From NCBI RefSeq assembly GCF_963921235.1, contig NC_086097.1, positions 153,266,001 through 153,330,000 on the forward strand: a DNA stretch of 64,000 nucleotides, given 5' to 3'. Under the pieces are notes generated by a model. The model had not been told where the DNA came from and did not search any database. It saw nothing but the letters and a program-made list of their open reading frames with translations. A program made the position numbers and the translations under genes. Of the stretch, positions 11,269 through 23,255 are shown piece after piece. The stretch comes from Mobula hypostoma. Lineage: Eukaryota. Within the stretch, counting starts at the first letter, position 1, and every line of letters begins with the position of its first letter.

Positions 11269-14200
11269 AGACTATGTGCCCAATGTAGTTGACAGACGTC
11301 TTGCAAAACTGGCACTTATTAGCACTTCATAGTTTTAGTCCTTCAGCTTTCAGGCAGTTTAACACCTTCAGTAGCCTCATCTCATGCTCCTCCAGTGTGG
11401 ACCCGAACAGGATGAGATCATCCAAGCACACCAGTACTACAAGCAAGTTCATATCCCCAACAGTCTTCCCCGTGACACATTGGAAAGTAGCCAGAGCTCC
11501 TGATATGCCCTGGGGCATTCTTTCAAACTGAAAGAATCCAAGTGGACTTATGAATACCATCTTCTCTTTGTTAGCTTCACTCATGGGTATCTGATAAAAC
11601 CCGCTCCTTAGGTCCAGTACATTGAACCATTTTACTCCACTTAGGCAGGCCAGCACATCTTCGATCTGCAGAATGGTACACTGATCAAGGACTGTACGTC
11701 AGTTCAGTTTCGGATAGTCAACACACATTCGTACCTTCCTAGTCTTCTTCCTCACCACCACGATGGGTGATGCATAGGGACTCCATATTTCAACGATAAT
11801 TCCAGTTTTCTTCAGTTTCAGCAGATGCTGCCAAACATCTTCAACCCCTGCTGTGCTAATCGCTAAAACCTTTCTCTGAAAGGGGAGTCCTCTGTCACTC
11901 AAATGGTGTGGCGAGTACTCTCGGAACAACCCAGATCAAATTTGTCAGTAAAAAAGACACCTTTGAGCTTTAGCATCTTCGTCGTTAGTCTCCTTTTCCA
12001 ACTCTTGGGTACTGGGAAGTCATCAAAGTTGAATGACTTGGCTGTCAACTTTCCTGATCCAGAAGATTGTCTCTCTCCTGGTTTTCTCACAGGAAAACGA
12101 GACATTATGGTCTCTGGGAAAAGATGTGCCATTGGCAAGCCCCGCCTGAGGGTGACCTCTCTCTTCAAGGTGTTCCTGACAATCACTGTCATCCCACTTA
12201 CATGTAGAGCTGACAGTTTCTGCAGATTAGGCCTTAACAGCACCCCAGCAGGTAAGCATGACTCCTCTTCGTGGTCTTCTGGAGCATCCAATAGGAGGCA
12301 TTCCAAGAAATTTGAGGTTTTCCGTCACTTAAAATACTTCCCCAGTCATAACATGATGGGTTTGTGCTGGGTGTACCACACAGTTCCCCATTTGTGCTCA
12401 TCATCCAGCCTAGGATGGGTTTACACTTTCTCAAAAACAGCTCTGAACACTAGGTGAATGCAGAAGGCTCTCAGAATACTCTCTCCAGTTCTCTCCTTGC
12501 AGGCTCCCAATAGCTTCCTCACAATAGGAGTCTTTGTTCCCAAAAGAATGGAAGCTTCACCCTTCTCAACCAAGTCAGACAGACCAATACTAACGTAAAA
12601 AAGGGCCTCAGCTACTCCAACGTCTGCTTAGGAAAGCTCCAGCTTCAACAACAAGTAACTGTCATACGGGTAGTATTCAGTATTGAGGCCCCAAAGCTCT
12701 AGACCACTGAGTGGTGTCAATGGTAAATGCTGGTTGTACAAGGATCTGTACAGTAGAGTAACCTGAGAACCTGTATTAAGTATGGCTCTGGCATAAACGG
12801 CCTTAATCTGTATAGATACACTGGAGCTTGGCCAGTAAGCCTTCAGGAATAGGGTTTCACACTTTGGTGTGTTCCTTGATACATTGATTGGAACATGTTC
12901 CTCTAAGATGCCAGTTGTTCCCTTACTGGGTCTCTCCAAAGTTTCCTGACTTCCTCTTCTGTTTAGGTAACCACTGAGTTACTTTCCAAATAGTTTCCTG
13001 TCCTTCACACTCCCATTTGAAATGTCCGTCCTCACCACAGTTGTAACAGAATATACCAATCGCTCCCCTGGTCAAGGGACCCCGCTCAGTAGCAACCCTC
13101 TGCTTTATACATCCCACCAGTGGGTTTAGCTCCTTATTGGCCTTGTCATGCTTGGTAGCAGCACTAGCCAATATCAACTGAGATACCTCGGCTCTCAGAT
13201 CTTTCACTATATCCTGCAAAATCTGCGTGTGTGTGGAATCAGGCGTCACTTCAGCAACAGAGGCTACTATCAAGGACTTCTGCTCCTCCATTGTATTTTC
13301 CTCTTCTCTTACTTCTCTGATCAGCTCAACAAAGACGGAAGGGGGATACATCCTACGAGATATTTGGAGGATTAAAGCAGTCACAGACACATGACTATGC
13401 ACCAGTCACCACTTGGTCCATTCTTAATTGATTCATATCAGCCAGTTGAATGGCCCCTTTAAGTGCTGTCTCTCTAGCTGAAAAATCCAGGCAGAAAGTT
13501 TCTCTCCATTCTCCTGAACCTCATTATACGTCTGCTGGGCTGCCTGTCATGCCGAAAATGCTTTCTAACGCTTGTATGTAGCCTGCGTAAGTGGCAAATA
13601 GGTTCTCTGCCTTTAAGGACCTCACCAGCTCAGCAGACAGACCTTTTAGACTCTATCAGTTGCTGACTTCTCATAGTATCTGAGCACTGCCACTCATCCA
13701 GTCACTGAGGTGTCTGCTCCACCCAAGTCTCATATTCCTCCGCCCCCTTGTTGGTGGGCTTCACTCCCCAGAACATTCTCAGCCTATGATAACTTTGAAT
13801 TTCCGCTGGTGCACTTTGGCATTTTTCCAGCAGGGATGTAACTGCTGATTCCAACTCAGAAGTTTCACCACCTGCTGAAGAATTCATTAGACCTCCCACA
13901 TCAGACAACTCCTTCCCCTCACTTCACAGAAACAAGAGCAACTTACCTTTAAAGTCTCCACCCTCAGCTACACTCCTCTCTTCTCTAAAAGTATGGAAGT
14001 TCGAAGGTGCCGTCTCTCCAGGTGTCCCAGTCATACCCAGATCTATTCCCATCATGTCATTGCCAGTCTAAACTAAAATGACACTTTTGTCCACCGTTTG
14101 CTCAAACCACTATTCTCTGAACATAACTTCCTCTAAACCTGGAACTGAACTTAAAATTCTACTCAGCAATTTAGCTGGGCTGTGGATATCCACCCCAGTC

Positions 14201-14351
14201 AGAACACAAGCGTTAGTTGAAAGATGATCTCTGAATCACACCAACAGTTGTGGCATCTATAATCACGTATTTTAATCACATTCCTGGATACTCATTTAAA
14301 CACAGTAACCACTTAATCAATTCTTGCAGCAATTACGCAGTGTTCAATGAA

Positions 14352-14377
14352 CCAAATCCCAGACAACAGGCCCACAA
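14352..14377 (-). promoter_or_regulatory. Degenerate primer-binding site, tRNA-Pro-like
   Basis: The minus strand directly after the 5' LTR reads TTGTGGGCCTGTTGTCTGGGATTTGG. This resembles TGGGGGCTCGTCCGGGATTTG, the complement of the tRNA-Pro 3' end. Confidence 0.6.
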
Positions 14378-15278
14378 TGAAACCCCTTTTTGCCAGGCGT
14401 CTCAAGAAAATGGCTCGTTAGCCCCTTGCTAACAGCCTCTGGACTTAGCGGTGAAAAAAACCACCTTTCTCAAACTCTGTACGTCTAGAGTCGGTATGAT
14501 TTGCGGCCCTCCAAACTAGAAAGTTGGGATGTTTCGACCACCCAAGCCCTGATCTGTGTAAATGCTGCCAACATGCAATTATCTGTCAGCAAGAAATAAC
14601 AGATTGTACATGCATGCAATTATAAAAAAAGGTGTATTTAAGAATGTTAATTATGATAGAAGAAAGAAAAAGAAAGAAAGAAAAGGGCTCATTATAATTA
14701 AACCAGTCAAATGTGCACAAGATTGGAGTTCAGATCTTCCAAAAGCTGGATGTGTGCTTTTACTCATGGTGCCAACTCCTATTCACCGATCACCAGTAGA
14801 ACTTCCCATCTTGAACTCCATTGAATTGAACATCTCCCACTGAAAAGACCTCCACCTACTCCAGTGTCTGTCACAAAACCTCTCCGCCCAGCTTTCTCTA
14901 GAACAGGGGTAGGTAACCTTAAGAACAAATGATTTTCTCGCATGCGTTATTCATTAATTTGAGGCAAAACATAACTAGATGTATTTAAATGGATAATTCC
15001 CATATTTCAAGTTTTTTATAGCATTTATCTGGCCCACCGTCTGCTCATTAATACGCAATTCGGCCTACAGAGGCAAAAAGGTTGCCGACCCCTGGTCCAG
15101 AACCTTCTCCCAATTCCACCATCCTGATTGACTGACCCGACATTCTTAAGCTGAACATCACATTCCCTTAAATTTAACTGTAACCCAAACACAATTAGCA
15201 GAACACACTGCTTCTACAAAAAACATTAAATGAAATACCCTACAACTTCAGCAGTAAAATCATAACCAGGGTGTTACA
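14378..15278 (-). repeat. 5' LTR of the minus-strand Gypsy element
   Basis: On the minus strand it starts TGTAACACCCTGG and ends GGGGTTTCA next to the PBS. Confidence 0.8.
14904..15094. mobile_element. hAT (Charlie-type) MITE inserted in the LTR
   Basis: TIRs CAGGGGTAGGTAACCT / AGGTTGCCGACCCCTG. The 8-bp flanks CTCTAGAA / GTCCAGAA fit the NTCTAGAN target. Confidence 0.85.
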
Positions 15279-18200
15279 AGTAGAAGGGACAGAAATTCAA
15301 CAGTGGGGTGAGGGTAGAAGATGCTGCAGGAAGCTGTGAAGTTCATGGGGATGTGCATGTGTGTGTGCGAGAGGAAGAGATGCAGTTTTACAAGTGGACG
15401 CCCGCGTTGATAGTATTGTGTGGCATGAAATTCCTTCCAATCTTACTCACTGAGTTATCTGCCACCAGGCTGCTGTTCCTGTAATCCTAGTGGATCTTCC
15501 AGCCACCTCTGGGACACAGAAAAACTTTCATCGTATTCATTTCATTGATGAGCCCATCACTATCCCTCACTGTAAATTATGGAACTACTTCTTTCCCTCC
15601 CCTGCTAGCACCTCGATTCTAAATGCTAGCCTCAATGTTTGTTGCTGTGGACAGTGTACCTTTAAGAACTGACCTACTGTTCTGCTTTCTACTGAACAAT
15701 TGCGCAAAACTTAGCATGGCCCCTTTGTAGAATGTGTATGTCACATTTTTAACACATCCTTTGAGTGTAAATTACCCTCAAGCAGTGTACACTTGCTGTT
15801 GACATATTTTGCTATTATTTTGAGGGATACTCAATTCACTACCAGCACTAAATTTAACAATGTTTGAGAGCATCAATAATAGGTGCCATCCAGTTCAAGA
15901 CAACATTGTTGTCAGTTGCTCTGTCCCAATTTCCATTCCATCTGGGGAGTTGCACTGAGATATCTATTTGGCTTTCTGCTTAGTGGATTTAAATAAAGAC
16001 ACGTCCTTTTTGTGATAAGAGACTACGGGCCATCTGAAGACAGACCAGAGAACTCCACCCCTCTTTTCTTTTCATGTTGCTGGTATATATTTTGATTTAC
16101 ATTTTATTTGCAGTATTTTGTTTGCTACTTTTTCATTTAATCTGTTCAGATCAGAACAGTGCCAAGTGTTGATCATCCAAACTGTTTAATCTCCTGATAA
16201 AAGATGCTGTGGAAGATTTTCCTTGTGCCAACCTGTTTTATCTGTTCAAAGCCACAGTGTGAAATATACAATCTAGCCTGATGTTTTAAATTATTCATTA
16301 CGAAGATTTTTTTTTCCCCAGTCATGGTATTACTATGCTGTCAGAAGCTCAGAAACCATCTTGCCCCACAACATTCAACAATCCAAATTCATGCCCATCT
16401 TTCCAGACCTAAATCCTGTTCTAAATCAGATATCTCTGGAGCAGGAGGTCGCAGAGTGAGTTGGAGATAGTTCCAGGTGGACTTTTCACACCAGTTTTAA
16501 AAAGCAAATGGGGATTGTCAGGATTTGTCTGCAGAGTGGAAGATAGCGGGGCAAGTTGGAGACATTTCCTTGTGGACTTTATGTGCCAGTTTTAAAATGA
16601 GAGTAGGGCCTGTTAGGAGATATCTGCAGACCTGTGGTTTGCTTGGATTAATAGTAGCTAGGATTAATTAGCAAGAGTCAATAAAAAGAAGCAAGGTTTA
16701 AGCAGAGTGGCCATTGTTGGATCAGGCCAGTGTTAGAGTGGTCAGGTTTTTGCCTTAACAGGCTTGGGCAAGAACAGGCACAGGCTAGAACTTAAGTCTG
16801 ATGAGTTAGACGCACAAGAACTGTAGGCAAGATGTTAGTTCAGGCAGTGGACTGCTCCTTCTATGAGATGTGGGGTTTCATGGTACCTAATGGTCCTCTT
16901 GCTGACTACACCTGCAGGAAGTGAACCCAATCTTAGCTCCTGACTGACAAGGTCAAGGGATTGGATCTGGAGCTGGATGTATTCAGAACCAACAAGGTGG
17001 CTGACAACTTCATAGATGAGTCTTTTACTGATGTGCTTACACCAAGAGTGCAGGCTTCAGAGAGTTGACAGGTAACCACCAAGAGAACGAAGGGGAGTTG
17101 GCATTCAGGGCAGGGTTCCCCTGTGGCCATTCCCTTCAGCAACAAGTATAGCACTTTTGATGCTGCTGATGGTAATAATCTATCAAGGCAAAGCAGCATC
17201 AGCCAGGCCAGTGGGATTGTGGCTTGCTCTGAGGCTCAGCAGTGAACAGTAAAGTTAGGTAGATCAGTAGTGACAGGAGACTTGATGATTAGGGGATGGA
17301 CAGCAGATATGTGGCAACAAAAGAGAAGCCAAGACCCTGATGGGAGTTATATACAGGACTCCGAACAGTGGCCAGGATGTGGAATATAAATTTCAATGGG
17401 AAATAGTAAAGGCATGAAATAAGGGCAATGTTGTGATAGTTATTGGGGATTTCAATATGCAGGTAGATTGGGATAATCATGTTGCTGATTGATCCTAAGA
17501 GAGGGAATTTGTAAAGTGCCTATGAGATGTATTTTTAGAGCAGCTTGTTGTTAAGGCCACTCAGAAAAAGGCAATTCAGGATTGGGGGTTGTGCAATGAA
17601 CCAAATTTGATTAGGGAGTTTAAAGTAAAGGAACCCTTAGGAGGCATTGCTCATAGCATGATAGAATTCACCCTGCTGTTTGAGAGGGAGAAGATAAAAT
17701 CAGATGTATCAGTATTACAGTGTAGTAAATAGAATTATAGAGGCATGCGAGAGGAGCTGGCCAAAGTTGGTCGGAAGGGGACATTTTCAGGTATGACAGC
17801 AGAACAGCAATGGCTGGGGTTTCTGGGGAAATTGGGAAGACGCAGGATAGATAGATCCCAAAGATGAAGAAGTATTCTAAAAGGAGGATGAGGCAACCAT
17901 AGCTGACAAGAGAAGTCAAGGCAGGGAATATAATGTAGAAAAAATTAGTGGCAAGTTAAAGGACTGGGAAGCTTTTAAAAACCAATAGAAGGCAACTAAA
18001 AAAAATTAATGACAGAAAAGATGAAATTGGAAGGGAAGCTAGCCAATAATATCAAAGAGAATACCAAAAGCATTTTCAGATGTTTAGAGAGTAAAAGCAA
18101 GGTGAGGGTGACTATTGGACCACTGGAGAGGTAATAATGGGGGACAAAGACATGGCGGACGAACTTACTAATTATTTTGCGTCAGTCTTCACAGTGGAAG

Positions 18201-19188
18201 ACTATATGCCAGAAAGTGTCATGGTAGAAATGAGTGTAGTTGGCGTTACTCAGGAGACAGTGCTTAGGAGGCTGAAAGGCCAAATGTACTGTACAAAAAT
18301 CATGTAGACCAGATGGATTACTCCCCAGGATTCTGAAAGAGGTAACCAAAGAGATTGTGATGGCATTAATAATGTCTTTCAAGATTCACTAGATGCTGGA
18401 ATGGTTAAGAAGAACTGGAAAATAGCAAAGGTTATTCCTTTCTTTCAGAAGTGAAGGAGACAGAAGGAAGGAAACTACAGGACATTTGGGCGATCTTCAG
18501 TGGTTGGAAAGGTTAGGAAGGTGCTAGAGAGTGTTATTAAGGATGAGGCTTGGGGGTACTTGGAAAAATTGCTAAATACGTCAAAGCTACCATAGTTTTC
18601 TTGATGGGAAATCTTGTCTGCCAAATCTGTTGGAATTCTTTAAGGAATAACAGACAAAAGGGAGCCAATGACTTGTTTCCTTGGATTTTCAGAAGGCCTT
18701 CAACAAGGTGCCACACATGAAGCTGCGTAACATGATAAGTACATATGCTATTACAGGAAAGATACTAGCATAAATAGAAAATTGGCTGATAGGCAGGAGG
18801 CAAATCTTGCCAAAGGATTTGGAACAAAGGGTGAAATCTCTGGTTGGCTACCAGTGACCAGTGGTATTCTGTAAGGCTTAGTATTGGGACAACTTCTTTT
18901 CACATTATATGTCAATGACTTGGGTGGTCAAATTTTTGGCTATGTGGCCAAGTTTGCAGACAATACAAAGATAGGTGGAGGGACAGGTAGTGTTGAGAAA
19001 GCAGGGATTCTGAAGAAGGACTTCAACAGATTGGGAGAATGGACAAAGAAGTGGCAGGTGGAATACAGAGAATTGTATAGTCATGAACTTTGGTACATTA
19101 TTTTCTCAACAGGGAGAAAATTCAAAGATCAAAGGTGCAAAGGGACTTGGGAGTCCTTTGCAGGATTCCATAAATGTTAACTGGCAGG

Positions 19189-20557
19189 TGATGTGTGAAC
19201 AAAGTCACCAGAGAGATGTAGCTGGATGATATGGAGTATTTTTTCATTCGACAAAATGAGACACAGCGGGCATCATATTGAGACCCTTTTGAAGGAAGAG
19301 GCCTGCTTGACCGAACACTACATGACATTTTATATGCTAACAATTGAAGCATAGTTCCATATTTACAATGCAGTTCACACACCAACACAAACAAATCTTC
19401 AGATGCTGGAAATACAAAGCAACACACACAAAATGCTGGAGGAACTCGGCACTTAAAGAAGCAGGAAGCATTAACTTAGCATCCCCCATCACCAATTGGA
19501 TCCCACTACCAACACATTTTTCCTTCCCCCCCCCCCACTTTCTGCTTTCCACAGGAATTGCTCCTATGTGACTCCCTTGTCCACCTGTCCCTTCTTACTG
19601 ATCTCACTCCCACCGCTTATTCTTGCAAACAGAACAAGTGCCACACCTGCCCCTACATCTCCTCCTTTACTACCATTCAGGACCCCAATGAGGTGACAAT
19701 TCACTTGCAAGTCTGTTAGGGTCATCCACTCTATCCGGTGAACTCAGTTTCGCCTCCTCTATATCGGTGAGACACGACATAGATTGGGAGACCACTTCAC
19801 CGAACCACAAAAGTGGGATCTCCCATTGGCTCCCCATTTCAATTACACTTCCCATTCCAACATGTCAGCCCATGGCCTCCTCTACTGCTGCGATGACACT
19901 GCACTCAGGTTGGAGGAAGAACACCTTATATTCCATCTGGCTAGCCTCCAACCTGATGGGGTGAATACTGATTTCTCCAACTTCCAGTAATTGCCAGTCC
20001 CGTCCTTAATCATTCCCTATTCCTTTTTCCTCATTCACCTTCTCTTCTTACCTGCCCATCACCACCCTCTGGTCTCCTCCCCCTTCCCTTTCTTCCATGG
20101 CCTTCTGTCTTCTCCTATTGGATTTTCCCTTCTTTATCTCTTTTACCAATCAACTTTCCAGATCTTTACTTCACCCTCCCCTTCTCCTGGCTTCACCTGC
20201 ACCTTGTACTTCTTCCCCTCTCTTCACCTTCTTAATCTGACTTCTCTTCTTCTTTTCCAGTCCTTATGAAGTCGGCCTAAATATCGACTGTTTACTTTTT
20301 TCCACAGATGCTGCCGGGCCTGCTGAGTTCCTCCAGCAGTTTCTGTCTATAACTCTCAAAACTCCTCTTCACCCCCACACTTCAGACAATGTTAATCAAC
20401 ATTGCCTGGTCCTTCAATCAACTGCTGCTGTCACAGTTTGAGGATCGCATTGTCCGGAGATGCATTTTAAATTCAATCTACAGTCCAAATTCAGTTCTGA
20501 AGACTGGTGGCTGAAGTTATTTGCTAAATGTCCTAACCCCTAAAAAATGCCCTAACA
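19189..20557 (-). mobile_element. Solo LTR (TG...CA) containing a Penelope insertion
   Basis: Ends TGATGTG...CCTAACA, flanked by the 4-bp duplication CAGG (19185-19188 / 20558-20561) within CR1. The minus strand has a TATA-like CATATAAAA. Confidence 0.75.
19388..20346 (+). mobile_element. Penelope-like element fragment (GIY-YIG endonuclease) with inverted ends
   Basis: Remnants LLYIGETRHRLGDHF and HFN...RLEEEHLIFHLASLQPDGVN. TGCTGGAGGAACTC near 19434 is the inverse of GAGTTCCTCCAGCA near 20325. Confidence 0.85.
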
Positions 20558-20689
20558 CAGGTTGAGTTCTTGGTGAGGAAGGCAAATACAATGTTAGCAT
20601 TCATTTCAAGAGGACTAGAATATAAAAGCAAGGATGTGTTGCTGAGGCATTGTTCAGACTGCACTTGGAGTATTGTGAGGAGTTCTTTT

Positions 20690-20890
20690 TTATTTTATTT
20701 TACTTTAGTTGTAAAGTATGGAGTAGGCCTTTCTGGTCCCTTAAACCATGTCACCCCCGCAATGTCCAAAAAAACCCATTTAACCCTAATCTAATCACAG
20801 GGCAATTTGCAATAACCAACTAACCTACCCGGTACATTGTTGGCCTGTGGGAAGAAACTGGAACACCAAGGGAAAATGGACGCATTCCAA
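20690..20890 (-). mobile_element. V-domain SINE fragment
   Basis: Reverse complement of the V-domain (..CCAGTTTCTTCCCACAGGCC..) with an A-rich tail. Confidence 0.7.
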
Positions 20891-21170
20891 GGTTGTGGGT
20901 CTCTTATCTAAGGAAAGTAGTTCTGGTGTTCGAGAGCATCCAGAGAATTTTACAAGAATAATTCCAGGAATGAAAGGGTTAACATGTGAGGAGCATTGGA
21001 TGGCTCTGTGCCTGAATGCACTGGAGCTTGGAAGAATGCGAGGGGATCTCATTGAAACCGATTGAATATTGAAAGGCCTAAACAGAAATAGGTCCTATAC
21101 TGGTTGAGTCTAGGACCAGAGAGCACAACCTCAGAGGGATGTCAATTTTGAACAGAGGTGAAAAGGAATT

Positions 21171-21430
21171 TTAATTTCATTTTATCACACATTGAGCCTT
21201 TCTGTCCCAGGAACCCCCGCCAACCCCAATTTAACCCTAGCTTAATCATGGGACAATTAACTTAACTGGTATGTCTTTGGACTGTGTGAGGAAACCGGAG
21301 CACTCAGGAAAAACCCACACATTCCATGGGGAGGATATATAGAGACTCCTTACTGAAGAAGCTGGATTTGTATTCCAAATTCTGATGCCCCAGGCTTTAA
21401 TTCTGTCACGCTAAACACTAACCATGCCCG
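21171..21430 (-). mobile_element. V-domain tRNA-SINE
   Basis: The plus strand reads GTCTTTGGACTGTGTGAGGAAACCGGAGCACTCAGGAAAAACCCAC, the antisense V-domain. Confidence 0.75.
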
Positions 21431-21705
21431 TGGTGTGGCATCACAGTAATGTAGCTGTTAGAGCAACACTATTACAGCTTAGGGCTTTAGAACCCAACAT
21501 TCATTTGCAATATCCGTAAGGAGTCTGTATGTTCTCCCCATGGGATATGTGGGCTTTCTCTGGGTGCTCCAGTGTCCTCCCACAGCCCAAAGGTGTACCG
21601 TACAGCAGGTTAATAAGTCATTGTAAATCAGGTTAAATCGGGGGTTGCTGGGCGATACATCTCAAAGGGCCAGATGGGCCTATTCCGCGCTGTATCTCAA
21701 TATAT
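21431..21705 (+). mobile_element. V-domain tRNA-SINE
   Basis: Contains GTTCTCCCC...GGGTGCTCCAGTGTCCTCCCACAGCCCAAAG and a CR1-like tail GGGCCAGATGGGCCTATTCCGCGCTGTATCTC. Confidence 0.75.
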
Positions 21706-23147
21706 AAATTTCTTTAACCCGAGGGTAGTGAATCTGTGGAATATATTACCATGTATGGCCGTGGAGGACAAGTCACGAAGCGGACATAAAGCAGAGGTTG
21801 ATAGGTTCTTGGTTGGTCAGGTTGTCAAAGGTTACAGGGAGAAGGCAGGAGAATGGGTTGAGAGGGATAATAAATCAGCCATGATGTAATGGTGGAATAG
21901 ATTCAATAGACCAAGTGGCCTAATTCTGCCCCTATATCTTATGTTCTTATTCATGCAGACATTTTGTTTTTGTAAATGCAAATTTCACTGAGACTGTGAT
22001 GAGAGAAAAAAAAACACTTCATCTTTTATGGATATAGTTTATTTTTTCCTTTTCCTAAATTAACTGATATTCTTTAAGTCACTTGTTTGCATCAGTGTTA
22101 AGGTGTTCTTTTAATTATGCTTGCTTCCACACATTACCATCATTACTTGGTGAAAATCTATTTCTCTGACAGCTGGATTTAATGAAGCTGGCAAGTTTAT
22201 TTTGGTATTACAGCTGGTTGTGTGAGAGCTGTGCCAAGGGGACTGAGCTAGAGCAAAACAATAAAACAGTGGAAAAACATCTGAAGCCTTTGCATAATTT
22301 GCCTTTACCTTTACAGTGAGAAAAGGGGATAAGGCAATTATTTTATCTGCTAGGCAACCTCACCTCTATGAATAACCTGAATGTGTTGGAGCTCATTAAC
22401 TCGTTTTGCATTCAGCTATACTCCCCTTACAGAACTTTTATCAGAAGGCACTTTTAAAAGGCATTTAAATGTCATTTTCAGAGAGAAGCTTTATTTTCCA
22501 GTATTTTCAGGATTTTGAACGAACAATTAAAGTTTACTGCGTAGCAGTTCTTATCAGTGAGCTGCAAGTACAGAAAATGTAGCTCTCCATTTCAGAATTG
22601 AAAAGAGGCCATTATTTTAATGGCTCCCCATGCCAATTCTTTCTACCCCATGTCTTTCATTTAATGGATTCTATTGAGTTTCTTTGTTTTGTGGCTGCCT
22701 GTAAAAGGCAAGCCTTAAAGTTGTATATAGCATACATACTTCGATAATAAATGTACTTTGAACTTTCATAGGAGTTAAAATCAGGTGTGTAGTTATAGAT
22801 ATTGTAAAGGACAATATATTAAAAGCATCAGGAAAGTTTGGTTTGACTGAAATGAGCCTTTGCATTATATATTTATTAGCCATTACTGAAGATAATTTAG
22901 TTTCCTCCAAACATCAGCTGTCCATTTCCTAAATTGCTCCAAAACATGTTCAATAATTGACCAACATTGCCAGCTGATTTGGCAGAACATCAGTTTTAAA
23001 ATTGTTATTCACATTTTCAAATCCGGTTTATCGCATCTCTCCTCGATACCACTGATAACCAGCATCATTATATAATAACTCTTCCACTTCTGGCATTATT
23101 TAGACCCTCGATTGCTACCTCTCTATCAACATCCATCACATGGAGAC

Positions 23148-23255
23148 ACACATGACTTGCAAATGCTGGAAACTGAAGCAACACACAAAGAGCTGAAGGA
23201 ACTCCATGGGTCAGGCAGTATCAGGAAGCGGAATGGACAGTTGATATTTTGGGTC
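23148..23255 (-). mobile_element. Penelope terminal-repeat fragment
   Basis: ATGCTGGAAACTGAAGCAACACACAAA...GGAACTC matches 19403-19448. Confidence 0.65.

Larger units (their letters stand above)
8522..15278 (-). mobile_element. Degenerate Ty3/Gypsy LTR retrotransposon with PNMA-like Gag
   Basis: Related LTR segments at 8522-8810 and 14378-15278. Gag YHRLRMFWG...EEYETWVEQ, zinc knuckle CYNCGEDGHFKWEC, protease ILNTGSQVT, RT SPYASPIVVV / LDLRSGFYQIPM / CLDD, integrase core MHSDQ...TTPYHPQG (10515-10815) and integrase C-terminus (9040-9490). Confidence 0.92.
16430..21950 (+). mobile_element. Long degraded CR1 LINE (ORF1 zinc finger and esterase remnants, ORF2), split by later insertions
   Basis: ORF1 remnants DYTCRK and VVTGD..IRG; ORF2 remnants GDFNM, LDFQKAF.KVPH, AKFADNTKIGG and MLAFISRGLEYKSKD; TCTTATG tail near 21950. 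The sequence rejoins across each insert. Confidence 0.85.

Noticed and set aside
11903..12457. 184-aa plus-strand ORF
   Set aside because: Antisense shadow of the Gypsy pol. The same applies to ORFs such as 5360-5803, 27607-27993 and 40344-40730.
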